Below are positions 60,801 to 64,000 of a DNA stretch of 64,000 nucleotides, one piece after another (within the stretch, counting starts at the first letter, position 1; each line of letters begins with the position of its first letter). The position numbers and the translations under genes were made by a program. The stretch comes from Bugula neritina. Taxonomy: Eukaryota > Animalia > Bryozoa. The stretch lies in NCBI GenBank assembly GCA_964035545.1, contig OZ037765.1, positions 27,341,504-27,405,503 of the forward strand. The letters run 5' to 3'. Under the pieces are notes generated by a model. The model was not told the DNA's origin. It did not search any database and saw nothing but the letters and a program-made list of their open reading frames with translations.

Positions 60801-61687
60801 GTGCAGCCAGGGGAAGCTGTGTACTGTAAGATGATGACTAAAGTGCCAGGAATGGCAATTGGTGCTGAGGAGACTGAACTGGATCTTACATATAATCATA
60901 GATATGAGGTTAGTAGTTATGCAACTGTTATGTAATCATTAGTCCTATTATTGTGCTATCTGATATAATCTGAAATAGGTATGAGTTTGTTGTACATGTA
61001 TGTGAATTAGAATTTGCAGCATTGCACAACACATGTTGTGTCATGTTTTTTGAACTTGTCCTTTATATGGTATTCATCAACTCTTATGCAGAAATACTGA
61101 GTGTGTTTACCCTTGAAATAATTTTGTCTCGCCTATTGCAATAAACTTTTGTTGTGCTCATTTTTATGTGGTTAGCACTATCCCATAAGTATTCGGCCAT
61201 CAACGCATTTATATATTTTCAGGGAGTGAAGATGCCTGATGCGTATGAAAGACTTATACTGGATGTTTTCTTGGGCAGTCAAATGCACTTTGTGCGTACA
61301 GATGAGTTGAGAGAAGCTTGGAGAATATTTACTCCACTGCTACACACCGTTGAGAGTGCTGGTGGTCCAACACCGATTGCTTACAAATATGGAACGTGAG
61401 TGGTTTTATGCCATGCTTGTTGAATCAGCATGATTGGGAATGTTCAAAACAAACTAAAACTAATGTTTGCGATTCAGTTTATGATGTAAATTGCAGCAAT
61501 ACATGCATGCTGCATTTTTCTTTGTTTTCTTTTTAAAATCAGGGCATTTGATCTGACTAGCATTTTATTTTTATGATAGTATTATTTATTTTATAGCCGT
61601 GGTCCTAAAGAAGCAGATGATTTAGCAAGAAAGAGAGGGTTATTGTATACCGGCACATATCAATGGAAATCATTGAACAAGTTATAA
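54807..61687 (+). CDS. G6PD: Glucose-6-phosphate 1-dehydrogenase
   Basis: Exons ~54807-54951 (in-frame ATG at 54862; the frame is open back to the acceptor), 55132-55169, 55745-55853, 57103-57313, 57748-57917, 58825-58945, 59261-59355, 59683-59812, 60358-60448, 60700-60908, 61223-61395, 61597-61687. NADP-binding [18 protein letters not shown], active-site [57 protein letters not shown]. Confidence 0.98.
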
Positions 61688-62398
61688 TGTGATCTCAACA
61701 GAAAATGGTTTATTAATTCACATCAACTGTGATACAAGTTTTCCCCAACTACAAATTCTTGGTTTATTTTAGGTACACTGATTGTTACACAGTAAGCTTG
61801 TTCAAGAAGTATTATTTTTAGTAAATTTATCACTTTATACTAACAATGTGTTACTAACAACAACTAAGCTCTATTTTCGTAATGAAAATCCAATTTCACT
61901 TATAATATTATGGAATAGGGTAAATGGTATTTAATTAAATATATACAATGTAGTATACAGAAAATATAGCAAATTATCAATAGCTGTTACATACAGCAAT
62001 ATCTTTTATATGGGACTTCGCAAAAATTATTGAAGCACCAAAATGCATTTCATAATTTATACTGAAGTGAAATACTGTAGTTGTAGGGCAAGGGCACCAA
62101 AACATATGACCAGATTCAAAGTTGGTAAATTATGCAAAATGCATTATAAGTAACAGTAGTAGCAAAATAAATGAAAGAAAACAGCTAAGTACAACTGAAA
62201 CAGAAAATTCTGATGTGTTACGTTAAACCCAACTGTAAACGATGACTAGCAAAACTAATGTAGATAAAATATTAGATAGTGAGTGGAATGAATGCTCAGA
62301 AGCTGACTAGGCAATAGACGAGTAAAATGTGGAAATATCAGTAGTTTGCTATAATTTACATTGCATAGTCCTATAATACTGATATTTGGTAGCATTAG

Positions 62399-64000
62399 CT
62401 AGAGGTTAGTTTGATGAATATTGGTAGTTGCAATTGGTAAGTTTTCATCAACACAATCTCCTTGATTGTGATTCACATTTTCAACAAGGAAGGCGGGTTG
62501 CCTTTTTCTCATCTTTGATGGGGAAATTTCTATATGATCTACTTTAGTACCAACACAAAAATTCCCATCAACTGAGCTAATTTCACCGTCAATAGAAAAC
62601 ATGGAATTATCAGGAGTAGGGACGTTTGCACGAGGAAAAAAATGAGGCTGTGCAATAGAAGTAGGACTTGCAACTCCCGGGGAAGATTCATTTGATGATA
62701 AACCAACCATGATTGGTGCACTATCCGCAGCAGTTCGAATGTCGGCCAATGATGATAAAGTATCTTGAATTACTTTCTCACTTATGCTAGTGCCAGATTG
62801 ATGAAACATGTCGCCATCCAACGGTTTAAAGACATTAGTTGCAACTGCTTTTCGTTCTGGTGGTTTTAGAGATTTCTTGCCAATGAAACCTTCCTCATTC
62901 GAAGAAACTTTGGAGTTAATTTCAATGCGATCTGTGAAGTGATGCACTTCTTTTAAGTGATTAGTTACTCCGCGACGATATTTAAAAAATTTGTTACAAA
63001 CCAAGCAAGAAAATTGTTTGACTTCACTATGGGATCTCATGTGGTCAGCCATTTTTTCTTTGGTGGGAAAACATTTGCCACAAACTTCACATGGTGGCTG
63101 AGGTTTCTTAGATCCAGTTGGTGATTGCTTATTTATCCAAGACACTGGTGATTCATTTGAGTATACTTGAAAGCTTGGGATATAGGACTTATTTAAATTG
63201 CTATTATCTTGCATTGATTGGGAGAAGCTACTTTGTAACATTGAGTTAGTATCTTCAGAATTGACTAGCTTAGACTTTTCACTAGAAAAATTAAAACTTT
63301 CATTGCTTTCATCAAAATCTAGGTCAGTATCCATTTGAAACATGTCCATTGAGAATTCATCGGCAATAGGTTCATGCACCAATTTATGAGGAGTGCCTTT
63401 TCTCGTTCTTTTTAGAGGTGGTTGGCTGTCACTGCTAATACTGGATGATTTATTTCCAAGTTGAGTAAATGTATCAGAAAGTACCGATGGTCCACATTGT
63501 AGTAATGGAGGTGGAAGCTGTGGTGATATTTCTGTTTTATACAGCCAAGCAGAACCTCCTCCTGTGTCATAATTAGCTTCTCTTTCTGTCTTCAACTTCG
63601 ATATTGAGGGCATCAATGAAGCAGACTCTGTCAACGACTTAGGAGTGCCTTGATTGATGAGCTTTCTGTATTGTGTGCAAACATTCTCCAACATTTTTAA
63701 CCCAACCTAAAAGTCAAGCATAGACCCATAAATTTCATTGTAGATTATTCAAATTTGACAAAAGAATTTGATGCAACTCCGCAAAGAGCCTCATATGCTT
63801 TGTGTTCGTGGCATTATATGTAACTACATGTAAATGTGCCAACACTTACATGGTCAACAATTACAAGACGCTGCAAGTTTTCCTCAGTTTTTTCTACACC
63901 ATGCATCACTATCAGATGTTCTCTACAAGCTTTCCGTGATTTGTATGTCTTCATACACTGTGAGCACTTGAACGGTCTAACTGGGGAATGGCATATGAGA
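62399..64000 (-). CDS. C2H2 zinc-finger protein, 3' portion (5' end outside the window)
   Basis: Exon >64000-63850 (HSPVRPFKCSQCMKTYKSRKACREHLIVMH) spliced in frame to exon 63706-62399, which carries two fingers, CEVCGKCFPTKEKMADHMRSH and CLVCNKFFKYRRGVTNHLKEVH. Confidence 0.85.

Noticed and set aside
61676-61687. G6PD C-terminal NKL as a peroxisomal PTS1
   Set aside because: Weak variant; cytosolic animal G6PDs also end in -KL, so it is not informative.

Overview
AT-rich, gene-dense, intron-containing eukaryotic DNA. It is metazoan and probably an invertebrate (inferred from gene content and protein divergence). There are nine spliced genes in a mostly alternating head-to-head / tail-to-tail layout: STIL (+), MED26 (-), an unidentified coiled-coil gene (-), DNM1L/Drp1 (+), RSBN1/KDM9-like (-), a GPATCH8/ZNF804-related RS- and Q-rich gene (+), an adiponectin receptor/PAQR (-), G6PD (+), and the 3' part of a C2H2 zinc-finger gene (-). 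Mobile elements are one well-preserved Harbinger-type MITE (TTA TSD) upstream of the first conserved G6PD coding exon and two decayed foldback elements near the window start. The most unusual feature is that each inferred promoter core is flanked by about 0.5-2 kb of degenerate, 6-nt-periodic A[C/G]T-anchored repeats, which are essentially absent from downstream introns and 3' ends. Two long motifs are also shared between unrelated promoters. Exon coordinates were read by eye from GT/AG boundaries and reading frame, so some may be off by a few bases. No prokaryotic features, tRNA, rRNA or CRISPR arrays were seen.
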